Counted from the first letter of the stretch, positions 1-12,365 are shown. The stretch: 64,000 nucleotides of DNA from Lama glama (GCA_028534125.1 CM052829.1:186001-250000), one strand, 5' to 3'. Numbers and translations: made by a program. Notes: a model not told the origin generated them from the letters alone.

Positions 1-879
1 AGGCTGGAAATGCCCAGGGAGTGAGAAAGACAGGCAGGAATATTCATTCTCTGCAGGGAATGCCACAGGCAGGAGAGGCAAGGACTTGCCTGCAGTGTGT
101 CTCAGGCGCCCAAGATCCTGAGCACCAGCAGTCTGCCCCAGCGCCAGCTCTGCCACTGTGCATCGGAGGGCAGCTCGTGCCGCCACCACGTAGAGCTGGT
201 GTGTCTGTGCGAGGAGCTGTGGTCTCTACGAGGGGTGGGATGCCCTAAGCAAACTCACAGGGAGGGAAGCTGGGCCCCCGACAGGCCAACGGTTCTGGAA
301 ACTTCTGGAGCTTCTCCATTAGACACGCTGATGCTCGGAGAGGAGTCATTTTGCTTTGCCCTCTGTGTGCCGTGCAGAGGTGCGGCAGCCCTGTGAGCTC
401 TGGCTCTTTTTTCCTGCTTGTTTCCATTCATTGAACCAACAGTGGCACTGATGTCTCATTTTTGGAGGGGGAAGGTTTAGCAGACTTGACTCTGGAAGGA
501 CTGAGACCCCTCCCTAGCTTCTTTCCTCCTTCTTTTCTCTCTTTGGGTCTTCGATTCCTGCTTTCACTGCCTGTCACTGTGGGTAAGCCCGCCATCGCCT
601 TGAGCCTCTTCTGTGGCCCAGTCCTTTGTTGGCTTGCTCTGATGACGAGGCAGGGATGCAGGCAGAGATCTTGCCCAGCACACGTAGGGGCCGGAGCCTA
701 TGTTCTGTGTTTATGGAGCTAGACCAGACTCCCCACCACGGGCTCATATCTGACGTGTGTTCTCTTAAGTGACGACCTCGTCTAGGCTGACAGGTCTGCC
801 CCGTTGCTGGTGTGTGATGCAGCAAATGCTTCAGGACATTTGCTGGGTGACAAGCCACTGCCCGTGTCCTGCGTTCCAG

Positions 880-1675
880 GTGCACAGTGTGTGGACCTCG
901 GCGACACTTACCTCTGCCGCTGCCAGGCTGGCTTCTCTGGGAGGCACTGTGATGACAACGTGGACGACTGTGCCTCCTCCCCGTGTGCCAACGGGGGCAC
1001 CTGCCACGATGGTGTGAATGAATACTCCTGCACCTGCCCCCCCGGGTACACGGGCAGGAACTGCAGTGCCCCCATCAGCAGGTGTGAGCACGCGCCCTGC
1101 CACAACGGGGCCACCTGCCACGAGCGGGCCCTCCGCTACCTGTGCGAGTGCGCCCGGGGCTATGGGGGCCCGAACTGCCAGTTCCTGCTCCCCGAGCCGC
1201 CCCTCGGGCCAGTGGTGGTGGATCTGACCGAGAAGTATGTGGAAGGCCAGGCCGGGCCGTTCCCCTGGGTGGCCGTGTGTGCGGGCGTGGTGCTGGTCCT
1301 CATGCTGCTGCTGGGCTGTGCCGCTGCCGTGGTCTGCGTGCGGCTGAGGCTGCAGAAGCGCCGGCCCCCCGCTGACCCCTGCCGGGGGGAGACAGAGACC
1401 ATGAACAACCTGGCCAACTGCCAGCGGGAGAAGGACATCTCCGTCAGCGTCATTGGGGCCACGCAGATCAAGAACACCAATAAGAAGGTGGATTTCCACG
1501 CGGAACCGGGTGCGGAGAAGAGCAGCCTCAAGGCCCTCGACCCTGCCGTGGGCTGTAACCTGCTGCAGGACCCTAGGGGCGCCACCGCCACGAGGGACCC
1601 CCACAGCAAGCGCGACGCCAAGGGCCCGCCCCAGGGCTCTGTGGGGGAGGAGAAAGGCACCCCGACACTCAGAGG
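880..1675 (+). CDS. DLL1: DLL1 (Delta-like 1) internal coding exon (equivalent to human exon 9): end of EGF6, EGF7, EGF8, juxtamembrane stalk, transmembrane helix (1266-1340) and proximal intracellular domain
   Basis: Translation [42 protein letters not shown]...[28 protein letters not shown]...[33 protein letters not shown] matches DLL1. Acceptor ttccag|G (AG 878-879); donor AGG|gtgcgt (1676). Upstream exons lie outside the window. Confidence 0.97.
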
Positions 1676-1856
1676 GTGCGTGCCCCAGGCCAGAGGGGAC
1701 ACATGGGAAGGCCAGCCCCAGAGGGCACCCCAACACGGGTGCTGAGGGCCGGGCTGGGCAAGGGGCCAGCTGGGGAGAGCCCCCCAGCACTGGGGTGCTG
1801 ACGGCCAGGTTGGGCAGGGGCTGGCTGGGGAGGGCGCTCCAACACTGGGGTGCTGA

Positions 1857-2078
<222 letters not shown>

Positions 2079-2155
2079 TAGCTGGTGGCCTGGGTGGGGA
2101 CTGGAGCGTAGACTGGCTGGTGCTGACTGCCCACCCTGTCCTGTGGCCCCTCTAG

Positions 2156-2161
2156 GTGTAA
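2156..2161 (+). CDS. DLL1: DLL1 terminal exon coding part: GTG TAA (final Val of the -ATEV PDZ-binding motif plus stop)
   Basis: 86-nt intron 2070-2155 with branch-like tgctgac and acceptor cctctag|GTGTAA; completes the canonical Delta C-terminus ATEV*. Confidence 0.93.
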   Translation: M

Positions 2162-2648
2162 AGCGGAGGCCATGCGGCAAATTCCCGTTTCTCTTAGAAT
2201 AAGTAAAATTCCAAGGATATATGCCCCGACGAATGCTGCTGAGAGAGGAGGCGCTTCATGGACCGCTGCTGAGAAGCCCGGCTCTCTTCCTGACGTTGCG
2301 GCGTGGCCGGCGGGCTGCGGCCACGGGCGCTCCAGGTGCCTGCTGCACTGCCTTTTTAGGACGTTTCCATTGCACTATGGACAGTTGCTTTTAAAAAATA
2401 TATATTTAAATGAATGGACTTAATTACTACATAAGAAGCATGCACTGCCTGAAGTGTATATTTTGGATTCTCATGAGCCAGTCTTTTCTTGAATTAGAAT
2501 CACAAATACTGCCTTCATCGTCCTTTTTGATACTAAAATGTGTTTTTTTTCTAGGTGGAAAAAAATGTGTGTTATTTTTTGGACCTGTAAAAATATTTTT
2601 CATGATATCTGTAAAGCTTGAGTATTTTGTGATGTTCATTTTTTATAA
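2162..2648 (+). other. DLL1: DLL1 3' UTR (visible part; polyadenylation signal probably inside the following gap)
   Basis: Follows TAA; becomes AT-rich with blocks I recognise from mammalian DLL1 3' UTRs (tgcactatggacagttgc, gcactgcctga.gtgtatattttggattc, tgatatctgtaaagcttgagtattttgtgatg). No AATAAA before the gap. Confidence 0.88.
2344..2513 (+). promoter_or_regulatory. miRNA seed-match cluster in DLL1 3' UTR: miR-34/449 (CACTGCC 2346-2352, 2443-2449; 6-mer ACTGCC 2508-2513), miR-130/301 8-mer (TTGCACTA 2370-2377), miR-148/152 (TGCACTG 2344-2350, 2441-2447)
   Basis: Exact seed complements read from sequence; DLL1 is an established miR-34/449 target. Confidence 0.7.
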
Positions 2649-2819
2649 NNNNNNNNNNNNNNNNNNNNNNNNNNNNNNNNNNNNNNNNNNNNNNNNNNNN
2701 NNNNNNNNNNNNNNNNNNNNNNNNNNNNNNNNNNNNNNNNNNNNNNNNNNNNNNNNNNNNNNNNNNNNNNNNNNNNNNNNNNNNNNNNNNNNNNNNNNNN
2801 NNNNNNNNNNNNNNNNNNN
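2649..2819. other. Assembly gap (171 N)
   Basis: Run of N. Confidence 0.99.
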
Positions 2820-3399
2820 CACCCAGAGGCGTGATTCCTCGTGCTCCTCACAGCGGACCTGCCCTCACTCACACGCGTGGTCCAGGGCCCTGAGGACGGG
2901 AACGGACTCTGCTCTTCTGCTTCTGATGCCTTTGCCCGGTTTCACGGGATTGATTAAAAGCAGCTTGCCTCGTCCCGCGGCCCCTCTGGAGAACGCTCAG
3001 AGGTGACTCTCAGTCAGGGCAGGCCGAGTGCTGCTGTTGGTTCCCTGAGCAGCCCCTCGTCGCGGTGAACGCCACGTCGCCCGCGGTCGGTGCAGAGACA
3101 CCTCGGGGCTGGCTGCTTTCCTCTGGAGGCCGATCTTTATCAGGACAGGGACGAAGCCTCATTTTGGTCAAATACCCATGAGGCACTTTATTGTTGCCAT
3201 GGCAGGTGGTTTTTGTCTTAGAAAAATACTTGCTCATCCACTTGTGGGCTCATTTCTGGTTAATTTAAAGGAGTCAGTTGTCTCCTTGTTCAAGCACTGC
3301 TGCAGGGGACAGGCAGTAGAGATGAGAGCCCTCCCGTGCGTGTGCCAGGCCCCTCTTCTGCGAGAATTACTTCGTTGGTCCCGGTGGGGCGCCCCCCTC

Positions 3400-3510
3400 A
3401 GAGTAGCACCATTACTCCCACTTCAAGGTTGAGACTGAGGCTTGTGGGTAACGTGCTTGCTCAGGGCTTGTAAGTGGCAGCGGGACTCCAGACCCCAGTT
3501 TAGTCATTAT
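3400..3510. mobile_element. MIR SINE remnant
   Basis: gagactgaggct...gtaacgtgcttgctcagggc..gtaagtggcag.cgggactccagacccc resembles the MIR core. Confidence 0.55.
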
Positions 3511-3919
3511 TTTTCATAAACTCGGCTTCTCACTGAGTACAAGAAGGGGATGTAATACCACTGGTGCGAGTGGGCAGGTCCAGAGGACCCGTGCCGTTCG
3601 TCAGCACCCTAGGACAAGTCTGTCCTGGGATCCGGGTGTCTGTTTCTGTGGTTGGCAGGAGGCAGGCGAGGGACAGAGCTTCCCAGACATAACCCATTAG
3701 AGAGAAGAGGTTGCCTTTGTCCCAGAGACGCTTCTTCTCCTAGTCATCGTGGTGCAGTCGGAGACTCTGGAATCTCCCTGCAGAGGAAAGGGCACCTGTG
3801 TGTTAAATGCCCATCGGACAGAGACGCCTGTGCAGCAGGGGCCACGTCAGGGGCTGGAGAGACACACCTGAGGCACCCAGCCTGTTCCCACCCCTCTGGC
3901 AGGGATAACGGCTGCAGAC

Positions 3920-4140
3920 AAGGACTCCAGCGGAGTGACGTCATCCGCGGAAAGAAGTCAGCGGCAGGGCCAGGTGTGAGTGAGGGAGACTCAGGCTCCT
4001 AAGCCCCACGACCTCGACTGGCCCTGCTCATTGGCGGTGGCAGCGGCGGCGGCGGCGGCGCACCGGAGCACAGCCGCGGGAGTCGCTGAGGCTCCTTCAG
4101 GGCGGAGCGGGCCGGGAAGAAGAGGGGCCGCCTAACGCTG
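3920..4140. promoter_or_regulatory. Small CpG-rich promoter-like element: full CRE TGACGTCA (3936-3943), inverted CCAAT (ATTGG 4030-4034), (GGC)n run (~4044-4060), GC box GGGCGG (4100-4105)
   Basis: Motifs and CpG density read directly; function inferred. Confidence 0.5.
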
Positions 4141-5369
4141 CTTTACACTCCTTAACCCCGAGGAATTCAAGGCTCCTCCTCAGTTTCAGAAGTGAGCTGG
4201 CTTGGGTAATGAACGTTCAAGAAGACAGAACAGCCTGGGTTTCTCAGGAAGCCCCTCCCAAGGAAGAGCCTCGCAGCCCCCTGAGCTGAATCCACTTTCA
4301 CCCTCCCCAGCCCTCTTGGAAAGCCAGGGAGTGCGCCATCTTCCACCTGGGCAGGCACGCGACCTGCCCAAGAGCGCAGAGGGCCCCAGAGGCTCAAGAG
4401 CACAGCTCTGAAACCCTCAGTCCCCTGTTCCATGAGGGTCCCTGAGGCCCTTCTGAGGCTGACGCTTTAAGTTGAACTTTTAATCAGATGGTCCCTCAGT
4501 GTTCAGGGTCTGTGCTGTTTGCAGCAGGAAATTCAGGTACGTTGATCAGAAACGTCCATGTAAAGACACAGGTGTTTACAGACCGGCTATGATTCACCCC
4601 GCCAAGCGACGCCCCGCTGCCCAGCCCGGGGTCGCGCTCTACAGGCAGGCCGCCAGGAAGGAGCCGTGGGGATTAAAATGACGAGGTTGGGGCAGAGCCC
4701 TTTTGGGCGCAGCTGGTGCTGGACTCAGCTCCCAGGGCCCAGGAGCCCCCGAAGGTGGCCAGACCCCAGCCCTCCTCCCCTCAGCCCCAGGCTCCACTCC
4801 CCACCTTCCCTGAGACTCTGGTGAGACCAGCAGAGGAGGCGAGGTGCAAGGATTTTCCTTCAACTTTTCCTCTGGACATAATTTTGGACTTCCAGCAGTG
4901 TTGCAAGGACAGTACAAATAGTTCTCATTATCAAGTCATCTGTCCCATCCACCCTTCCATGTTGACCGGTGGGCTCTCTGCAGTCAGGACAAGTGTTCCC
5001 TGCTGCCCAACATCAGTGTAGATGCCCGCAGTGTCTCCATTCAGCGGCTCACGCCCATGGTTTTCCCCGAGTGGGGAGGTCCCCATCTCTGCTGCCTGCT
5101 GTTTGGCCCGCCCCCCAGGCTCTCCAGCTGACTTTTTTTTAGGCTAAAGAGCTTTTCTCAGTGGCACCTTCGTGGAGGATGGTGGGACGGGCATTCTGAT
5201 TCTGTGTGTCTCTGACCCGGAGGCAGCCAGCAGTACTAAGACGTGACTAGGGTGACCTGTGCGAAAGCCCCCGATGCAGGGTCAGCGAGCGAGGGTGGCT
5301 CGCACAGCAGGGGACTCTCGTGCATGCTCTGCATGGCTCACTAGATGGCCAACGGCACTGTGGAGGGAG

Positions 5370-5680
5370 TGTTTCTGCCACGAAAACTGGACTTGAGCCT
5401 GGTCAGACCTCTTGATCTAGTTGCCAACCAGGCTCACAAGGACTGAAAGACGTGGTCCGGACACCACCAGGATCTACTCAGCCAAGTCTGGGCAGAGGAA
5501 GAGAGATGAGGGAACACCCGGGTTGGAAGAGACTTAGATAAAAACAGTTAAAAAAAAACCTCATGAGCCACTAGAGAAATGTAAACACTGACTGGATGTG
5601 TTAATGATACTAGAAGGTACACTTGCACATACTGGAGAGAAATGTGTGCAAGTGTGTGAGGATGCTGGCCATGAAAGAAG
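5370..5680 (+). mobile_element. Ancient LINE-1 3' region remnant (L1MC/L1ME-like)
   Basis: ttgagcctggtcagacctcttgatctagttgccaa...acaccaccaggatctactcagccaagtct...gaagagacttaga...gtaaacactgactggatgtgttaatgata resembles L1MC5/L1ME3 3' consensus. Confidence 0.6.
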
Positions 5681-7989
5681 TTTCGTTCTGGTCAAGTTTG
5701 TTCTTCTCGTTGTCACTGGTAGTTTGGGACCATAGTGTGAAGCCAAACATAGATATTGGAGTGGGAGACCGTATTTTTTTTTTATTCTGATAAATAAACA
5801 GTCACCTAGACACAAAGTATACGGTGAGGATGTGTTTGCGTGGTATCCAGCCAACAAAGCTGTATGTGGTTAGTAATTTCTCAGTCTATGAATTTTGCAG
5901 AAGAGTGATAAGAACGTGAAATGGTGTTCCTAAAGAGTGGCTGGATATCTGCAGAAGCGTCGGGTAGGAGAGAGTGAGCACGCGAAGCCTGGGGCCTCAG
6001 ACGTGGGTGGTGCGGCCTCACGTTACCAGGGTGGACACCAGAATTTACTCGACAAATTCAGGCATTTGTTGTTTGGAAGGTAATTCAGAGATAGTCTTTT
6101 TAAAGACGATTCATGTCTTCACAGCATTTCCCCCAGAAGAACCTTAAATTGCATTCATTTGCTCATATAAACAAATATTTCCGTTTTGGAGAAACCTATC
6201 TGACTGATGTCACCCTGGGAGGTGGGGAAGGTGACACCCTTGCTTTGACTTGAGACACAGAACACTCTCACTTTGCTTGTTTCTTAAGGAGAATCTGCCG
6301 CCTCACTCTGGCGTTTGCTGATCCCATATTCTGGAGATTACGGTCCTAACAGAACGCGGGCGGCGTCCCGGGAGGAGCGGAGGAGCGTTGCATGATGTGC
6401 TGGAAGCAGGAGACAGACTCTCTTCCGAAGCTCTGGGAGGGACAGCATTCCTGGAAAGGGAGCTGGGTTCTGGAGAGGAGGGAAGAGTCCAAAGTTGTGT
6501 GGAGGGGCCCACCTTGGGCAAAGGCGGCAGCCACAGCCTCGGGTGGCGGGATGTGCTGTCGGGGGTTGTCGAGGAGACCGAATCTCCTTTTGCTGTGATT
6601 TCTGGAAATGGTGAGCATTCCGTGGTGATGCACAGCTGCGGAGTGGAGCGCGAGGACTTGGACCGCTCAGGCTTGCTCGGCTCTCAGGTTCTCCCGCAGA
6701 GGTTGCCGGCCATGTCTGTGCTACATGTGCACTGGTTTTCACCTCTAGCACAGTCCAGTCAGTACCAGCTGCATGCTAGAAAGGCTTTACGTTAGCTCGA
6801 GCTTTAAGAGGACTGGGCACTTGGCAGGGGCCTCATGGTTTGTGAACACTCATCTTTGGAGACAGAAGTGAAAGCTGAGACCTTCTGCCACTCTTAGGAG
6901 CACCTGTGCCATGCACAGCGTGGCCAGATGTCTAGAGTCGCATCCATGTCCGAGGAAGTGACCCGTGATGTGCTTTGTGGACCAGTGGTGTCCCCACGCT
7001 CCCCCCGAAGTGGGGAGGAAGTGCTTTCTGTGTTTGTCCCTCACCTGCAGGGACAGCGGGCACAATTCCTTCAAGAATTCGAGGGGATTCCTGGGAATTT
7101 GAGGATTTCAGCCCTTTCTTAGAAGCCTGGAAACAACTTGGGAGAAAAAAGTCAAGTTATATAAAGTACTAGAAGGAGCATATTCATCAGGGGAAGACAT
7201 CCGAAATCTAGGAGGCATTTCAGTGAGGATGACAAGGCCGGGTGAGGTCCCTTTCTGCCCACACGGCCCTGATGGAGGGGCGGGAAGGGAGGCCTGGTTC
7301 AGTCCTGACCCAGCAGGGCTGTGGCGCGGGCCGAGGGCCAGACAGGAACACAGAGGCAGTGTTCCGCGGTCTGACCAGCAGAGCACAAGGGAAGGGCGGG
7401 CTTGTCGATGCTCTGACGCAGGAGCCCGTCCGCCTCGGCCATTCTTCCTCCTCCCAGGAGGCTCTGACCTTGGTCCTGGTTTTCGGGTTCTGCTGATTCC
7501 CACCATATCCCAGCGGCGTAAACTTGCTTCCTACTCCCAAAAGGACACTGCAGAAAGTAGGACTCTTCCAAGTAACCAAGGGACAGTGCACTCACTCCTC
7601 CATGGCGCACGGGGGGCTGCTTCTGAGTCTGGGTGTTTCCCTGGAAGCATCTGTGTGTCCCCGAAAACAAACTGGCATCACCAAACTGGCCCAGACAGGA
7701 ACTGGAAGGCTGGTATGTTGCAGCCCCCTTTGCTCCCTTCCTGCTGCATGTGCATTCCAAAGCCAAAGACGCTATTTTTACTTATCTGCTTATTTCGAGT
7801 CATCTATGGGTGGCCCCTTCCGACAGTCCAGGAGTGTCCCTCGGGTGTGAGGCGGCCTGCAGCCTCCTGGGCTCCTAAGCCCCTTCCTCAGTGTGGGGAG
7901 CCTGCCCTGGAGGCAGAGCTTGTGACACAGTGGGCAGAACTCCCAGTGGGAGGAGGACACCATGGTCATTCTCCACCTGCACCTGATAC

Positions 7990-8370
7990 ACCTCATCTGC
8001 CCCTGCTCTTAGACACTTGGACAGTCTCCAAATTTTGGCAGTCTAAACAATGTTTCACTGAACATCTTTGTACATAAGTCATTGTGATTATGTCTCATTT
8101 TTTCATTATGATAAATTTCTGCTGTGGGATTAGTCAAAGGACATAAACACTTTAAAGATACTATCTATTTATAAATTCCCACTAGAAAATTTGTACCAAT
8201 TTGTAGTCATATTTCCTTACAGGATCTTGCAATCCTACAAGAACCCAGTTGTTTGTCACCAACAATATGAATCACGATATAAAAAATTCATTTGCCAGTT
8301 TGATTAGTGAAAATAGGGATCAAAGTTGTTCAATTTTTATCTGTTTAATGGTGGCTTCGTTCCTTTTTAT
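7990..8370 (-). mobile_element. Ancient LINE-1 (L1ME-like) ORF2 3' fragment
   Basis: AT-rich block: gacacttggacagtctccaaattttggc...tgaacatctttgtacata...gggattagtcaaagg...ttgtaccaattt...tttgccagtttgat, typical antisense old L1. Confidence 0.6.
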
Positions 8371-8419
8371 GTTTTTGGAGGTCCTACTTTTTCCACTGCA
8401 GTTGGCACCCCATTGTCTT

Positions 8420-8530
8420 TAGTGAGGACCTACTATGTGTCAGGTATTTAATATGCTTTTTAAAATTCAGCATTTATAACACAGCTGGGTGGGGATAATT
8501 CTGTCCTTTCCTGAGGCACAGAAAGGCCAC
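8420..8530. mobile_element. MIR SINE remnant
   Basis: tgaggacctactatgtgtcagg...ctgaggcacagaaagg. Confidence 0.5.
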
Positions 8531-8670
8531 ACGTTCCTCAAAGGGCCCAGCAGGCCAGTCCCGGACTGTCGGCACTCTTTGCTGGAAGAGCATCCCTCCC
8601 CAGACCAGCTGCCTGTGATCAGAGCCAGCACACTGTGTGTCTCGTGTGCTTGGATGGGCATATTTTCGTC

Positions 8671-8945
8671 TTAATTTTTTAAACAACTGTATTTGCAGTA
8701 TAATTCACACGGGGCAATATGCACATGAGTTAAACCCACCTTTGGATGAGTGCTGAGAATGAGATCAGCTCCACAGTCAGGACAGAGGATTCCCAGCACC
8801 CATAGTCCCCAAAGCACCCCTCTGCACAGCCCCTGCCGGGGATCAGCTGAGTCCAGTAATGGAGGCGCTGGGAGCTCAGGCACGGACCCTTCTCACCACT
8901 GGGCTCACTTCTGTTCACATGTATCACACACTTCTTTTCTTTGCT
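8671..8945 (-). mobile_element. Old LINE-1 3' end (L1MB/L1MC-like)
   Basis: T-rich start tttttaaacaactgtatttgcagtataattcacac...tgcaca...gatgagt...ccacagtcaggacagaggattccca. Confidence 0.55.
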
Positions 8946-11900
8946 TAGGGAATTTTGTGAGAATTGTTCCATGCAAGCCCACTGGGGAGATGGACGTGAA
9001 GGGACCCCGTCTTAGTTCCCCACATGGAAACTGGCTGCTGCACACTCCATTTTCTGCCAGTCTTGCTGCCAATTCATCTAGACTCAGAGAAGCTGCCTCT
9101 CCATGGAAACTGACCCCCACCGCGGAAGCTGACGGCCTTTTCTAGCTTTTCTTTTCCCATCCCTGCCTGCTTCTTGAAGCCCTTCTAGGCTGCATCAGCG
9201 CCTCGCCCTCCGGGCCTGCTCTGCTCCTGGAGGCGGCTTCTGCTCTCTTGAGGACCAGGCCTCTGGTGGGGTGTGTGGTTTCTGGTGCAGGTAAGAGGAC
9301 AGGACGGTGTGACCAAGGAGGTGAGCTCTTGAGAGGCTCCACAGAGGGATTAGGGTGCATTCTTGCTGCTCCTCATGGGTCTGGATAAACTGTCACCAGC
9401 TGACACCTAGAATAGGTCTCGGCGGGACTGGCTGGGACCAGGCTGGGGAGACAGGAACTCCGGCTGAGGGGCTGTGGCAGGGGGTGGTCTGGAGGGCAGC
9501 TTCATTTGGGTGAAATAAATGAAATTCTCCAAGTCAGTCAGCAGGAATGCAAAGGACTGACTGGGCTCCTCTGTACCTGCTCCCACCCATCCCCTTCCTG
9601 GTTGTTGTTGGGGAAAGTGTAAAGTGACCACCTCGGGCACAAGCCGGCAGCGGTTCTGGGCAGTGGTTCTGCCATGCTTCTCCCCTCAGCGCTGCCTCGG
9701 CCTCCTGGCCCTGCTGTGCTCTGCACACCCTCTGTAAGTTAAAAAGTCTTTGAGACACAAAGACTCCAGTTTAGAAAAACCATCTAGTGAAAGGACAGAG
9801 TCCTCCCTGATTCATTTTCACCTTAATTTCATTTCAGTTGGAGCACTCATGCTCTGCTGCCCCTGCTCGCCCAGGGCCCCAGGCACCTCGTCCTGGGCAG
9901 CACGGGTCGGCCAGGCAGCGGCCTCTGGGCCTCGAACCATGTGTTCTGAAGCACAGGTCAAGGCACAGGCTCAGGGCCACACCCTCACCCCTCCCTGTGG
10001 GTCTTTAAGCCTGGCGCTGCTCTGGGTTTGCTGACGCTGTGGAAAGTCCCAGTGGACCAACGGTGGGGCACCGCAGCTGCATTGAAGCAGCAGCCTGTGC
10101 CTTCTGTCAGCTGATGTCGTGGACACAGCACGGCTCTTCCTAGCTGGAGGGTCAGCACCTGGAGAGCTCAGGGAAGCAGTCTGAGAACCGCAGTGACCGT
10201 CAGTGTCAGGTCCGTGAGGACTGGAAGTGAAAACGGCAGAAGCTGCTGCAGCGTCAGCACAAGGCAGGAGCCAGCTGCTGCAGGAGCAGCTTCCTCGCCC
10301 AGCGCTCCAGCCGCTGGGGATGAGAGCGCAGATGGGGCCTCCGGGACCCCGCCTCCCCAGACGCCAGGGAGGCCAAGGCTTCCCTGTCCCCTGTGTGTGA
10401 GCCACCAAACTGCTCTCCAAACGTCTGCCCAGAAGCGTGGTCCCTGCTCTGCAGGAGCTCCCGTCTGGTTCTCAGACGTGGAGGCTGAAGGCCAGGGCCC
10501 CACCACCAGCAGAGATGGAATCCCAGAGGGTTCTGACCTTCTCCCACCGCATGGCTCCCTACAGCATTTAAACATTTTTTCGAAAGGATTTGCAGCATGT
10601 CGCTGCAGGTCCCCTCCACAGAGTCTCTGCACGTGTGGGGACCTTGGATTCTGAGCAGGAGACGCAATTTCCATCCTACCAACTGGGACACGGGGGCCAG
10701 GACTGGTAGCAGGTCTGCCTGTCTCCCGTCCACAACGACTCTCCCTGGTGTCCCTGTGTCCACGCATCCACTGACCCCCACCCTTCTGGAGACTCCCAGA
10801 ACCTCCCAGGCAGGTGCAGGTTCTCTGCTCCCACGGCCCCAGCAGGCCATGACTTTATAGCTGTCGTGAAGCTGGCATTCCCTCCCCGGGCCTGGCCTCT
10901 CTGCAGATATGAGGTATCTGGTTCCTTCTGTATCTGGAGCCTGTCACCTAAAGGCCTCATCAGTCGTGGGAGAGAGGAAGGAGCAGCCAGGGAAACAATA
11001 CCAAGATGTGTGGAGAGAGGCCTCTGCTCTCACTGAGACCTTGGCCCTTTTTGCTGCTTTATCAATAGTGAGGGGTCCTCTGTGCACCCATCCGTTCGGT
11101 GTGCTGAGCCCAACGCTGCCAGCTCCGAGCAACTGTGGGCAAATCTCTCAGCTAGATATTCCCTCTAGCATTAAAGCCCCTTCGGTCCTGGGACTAGGTC
11201 TCCTGGCAGTGATTTAGACTTTGCCTGGGACATGAACAGCCCTCACGCAGAGCTGCTGACACTCCGGCCTGGGCTAGGAACCTCAAAGGTGGGAGAGATG
11301 CGGCAGGTAGATTCATCACTCCTCCAGGGCCCATAAGGGGTCAAATGGCCAGTGAGACCAGGCCATCCAGGCTCGACGGAGAGCCACGGTGACAGAGTGG
11401 ACGCTGAGACACGGTGATCATCCCAGGACTTCCCAGCCACCAGCTCCTCTGCTCTGTGCTGACAGCCTGCTGTCTCTGCAGGAAACGTAATGACCTCTGG
11501 AAATTTGGGAAGTTCGACCAAGTGGGTTTTGACCTCTCGCTACGCTTTCACTTTCTTGCCTTGGTCTACTGAGGAAGTGAAAATTCCAGACTGCCATGTG
11601 ACCCTCATCAGATCAGCGGGGTTTGTGTCATTTGTGCTTTTTCCCACGACACTGGCAAGAAAGCTCACCTTTGGGAACTCAGCACTGCAGGGCCGCTTGC
11701 TCCGAGGAAGCTCTGTTCCTGCAGCTGCACTGTCTGTGCAGGGGGTGCTCACACCCTCCCCGTCTATGGCCTGCAGCTCCTCGTGTCCCTACCACCCTGC
11801 CCGGGGTCTTCAGTACGTGGCCAAGTTATTGGCAGGCAGATGCAGCTGAAAGGCGTGCCTTCTTGGACATCCTCTACACCCCAGGGTCCTGAAGGGACAG

Positions 11901-12164
11901 AATCCAGGTACCGGGTGGGTGAAGGGCGTTGGTGGCAAGGATGATAGAATCTGATCCAGCTCAAAGAGATCATCTTCAAATCACATGGATCAGTGATGCG
12001 GTTGGCAGAAGAAGGCACCGAAGTTGTCCACCTCCCAGGCCCCCAAACCTAGGAGTATGCTGCCTTGTGTGGACACAGGATTCTGACTTTGTGATCAAGC
12101 CAAGGGTCTTAGGATGGGAGATTCCACTGGATTCCTGGGAGGCCTAACATAACCAGAGTGTCCT

Positions 12165-12365
12165 GGAAAGGGGAAGACGGTGGCAGGAAAGCCAGACAAG
12201 AAGGAAAGGGGAGGACGGAGGAGGTGGACGGGGAGGGGGTGAGGGTGGAGGCAGAGGTGAGGGAGAGCGAGGTGGGAAGGTGCTGTGCGGATGGAGGAGG
12301 GACCAGGAGCTGAGGGACGTGGCGGCCTCTGGAAGCTGGAAAGGCAGGAAGGGAAGTGGACCCTG
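12165..12365. repeat. Purine-rich (GGA/GGG) low-complexity tract
   Basis: Strong G/A strand bias with many G runs. Confidence 0.7.

Noticed and set aside
97-396. Cys-rich ORF (LCHCASEGSSCRHHVELVCLC) resembling an extra EGF exon
   Set aside because: Cys spacing does not fit an EGF repeat or the preceding DLL1 exon, and I see no convincing splice sites; treated as intron.
804-1745. ORF track's 313-aa product as a single-exon protein
   Set aside because: N-terminal 25 aa and C-terminal CVPQ...HGC are intronic; splice sites at 880 and 1675 restore DLL1 homology.
2410-3006. ORFs spanning the N gap
   Set aside because: Artefacts of translating through Ns within the DLL1 3' UTR.
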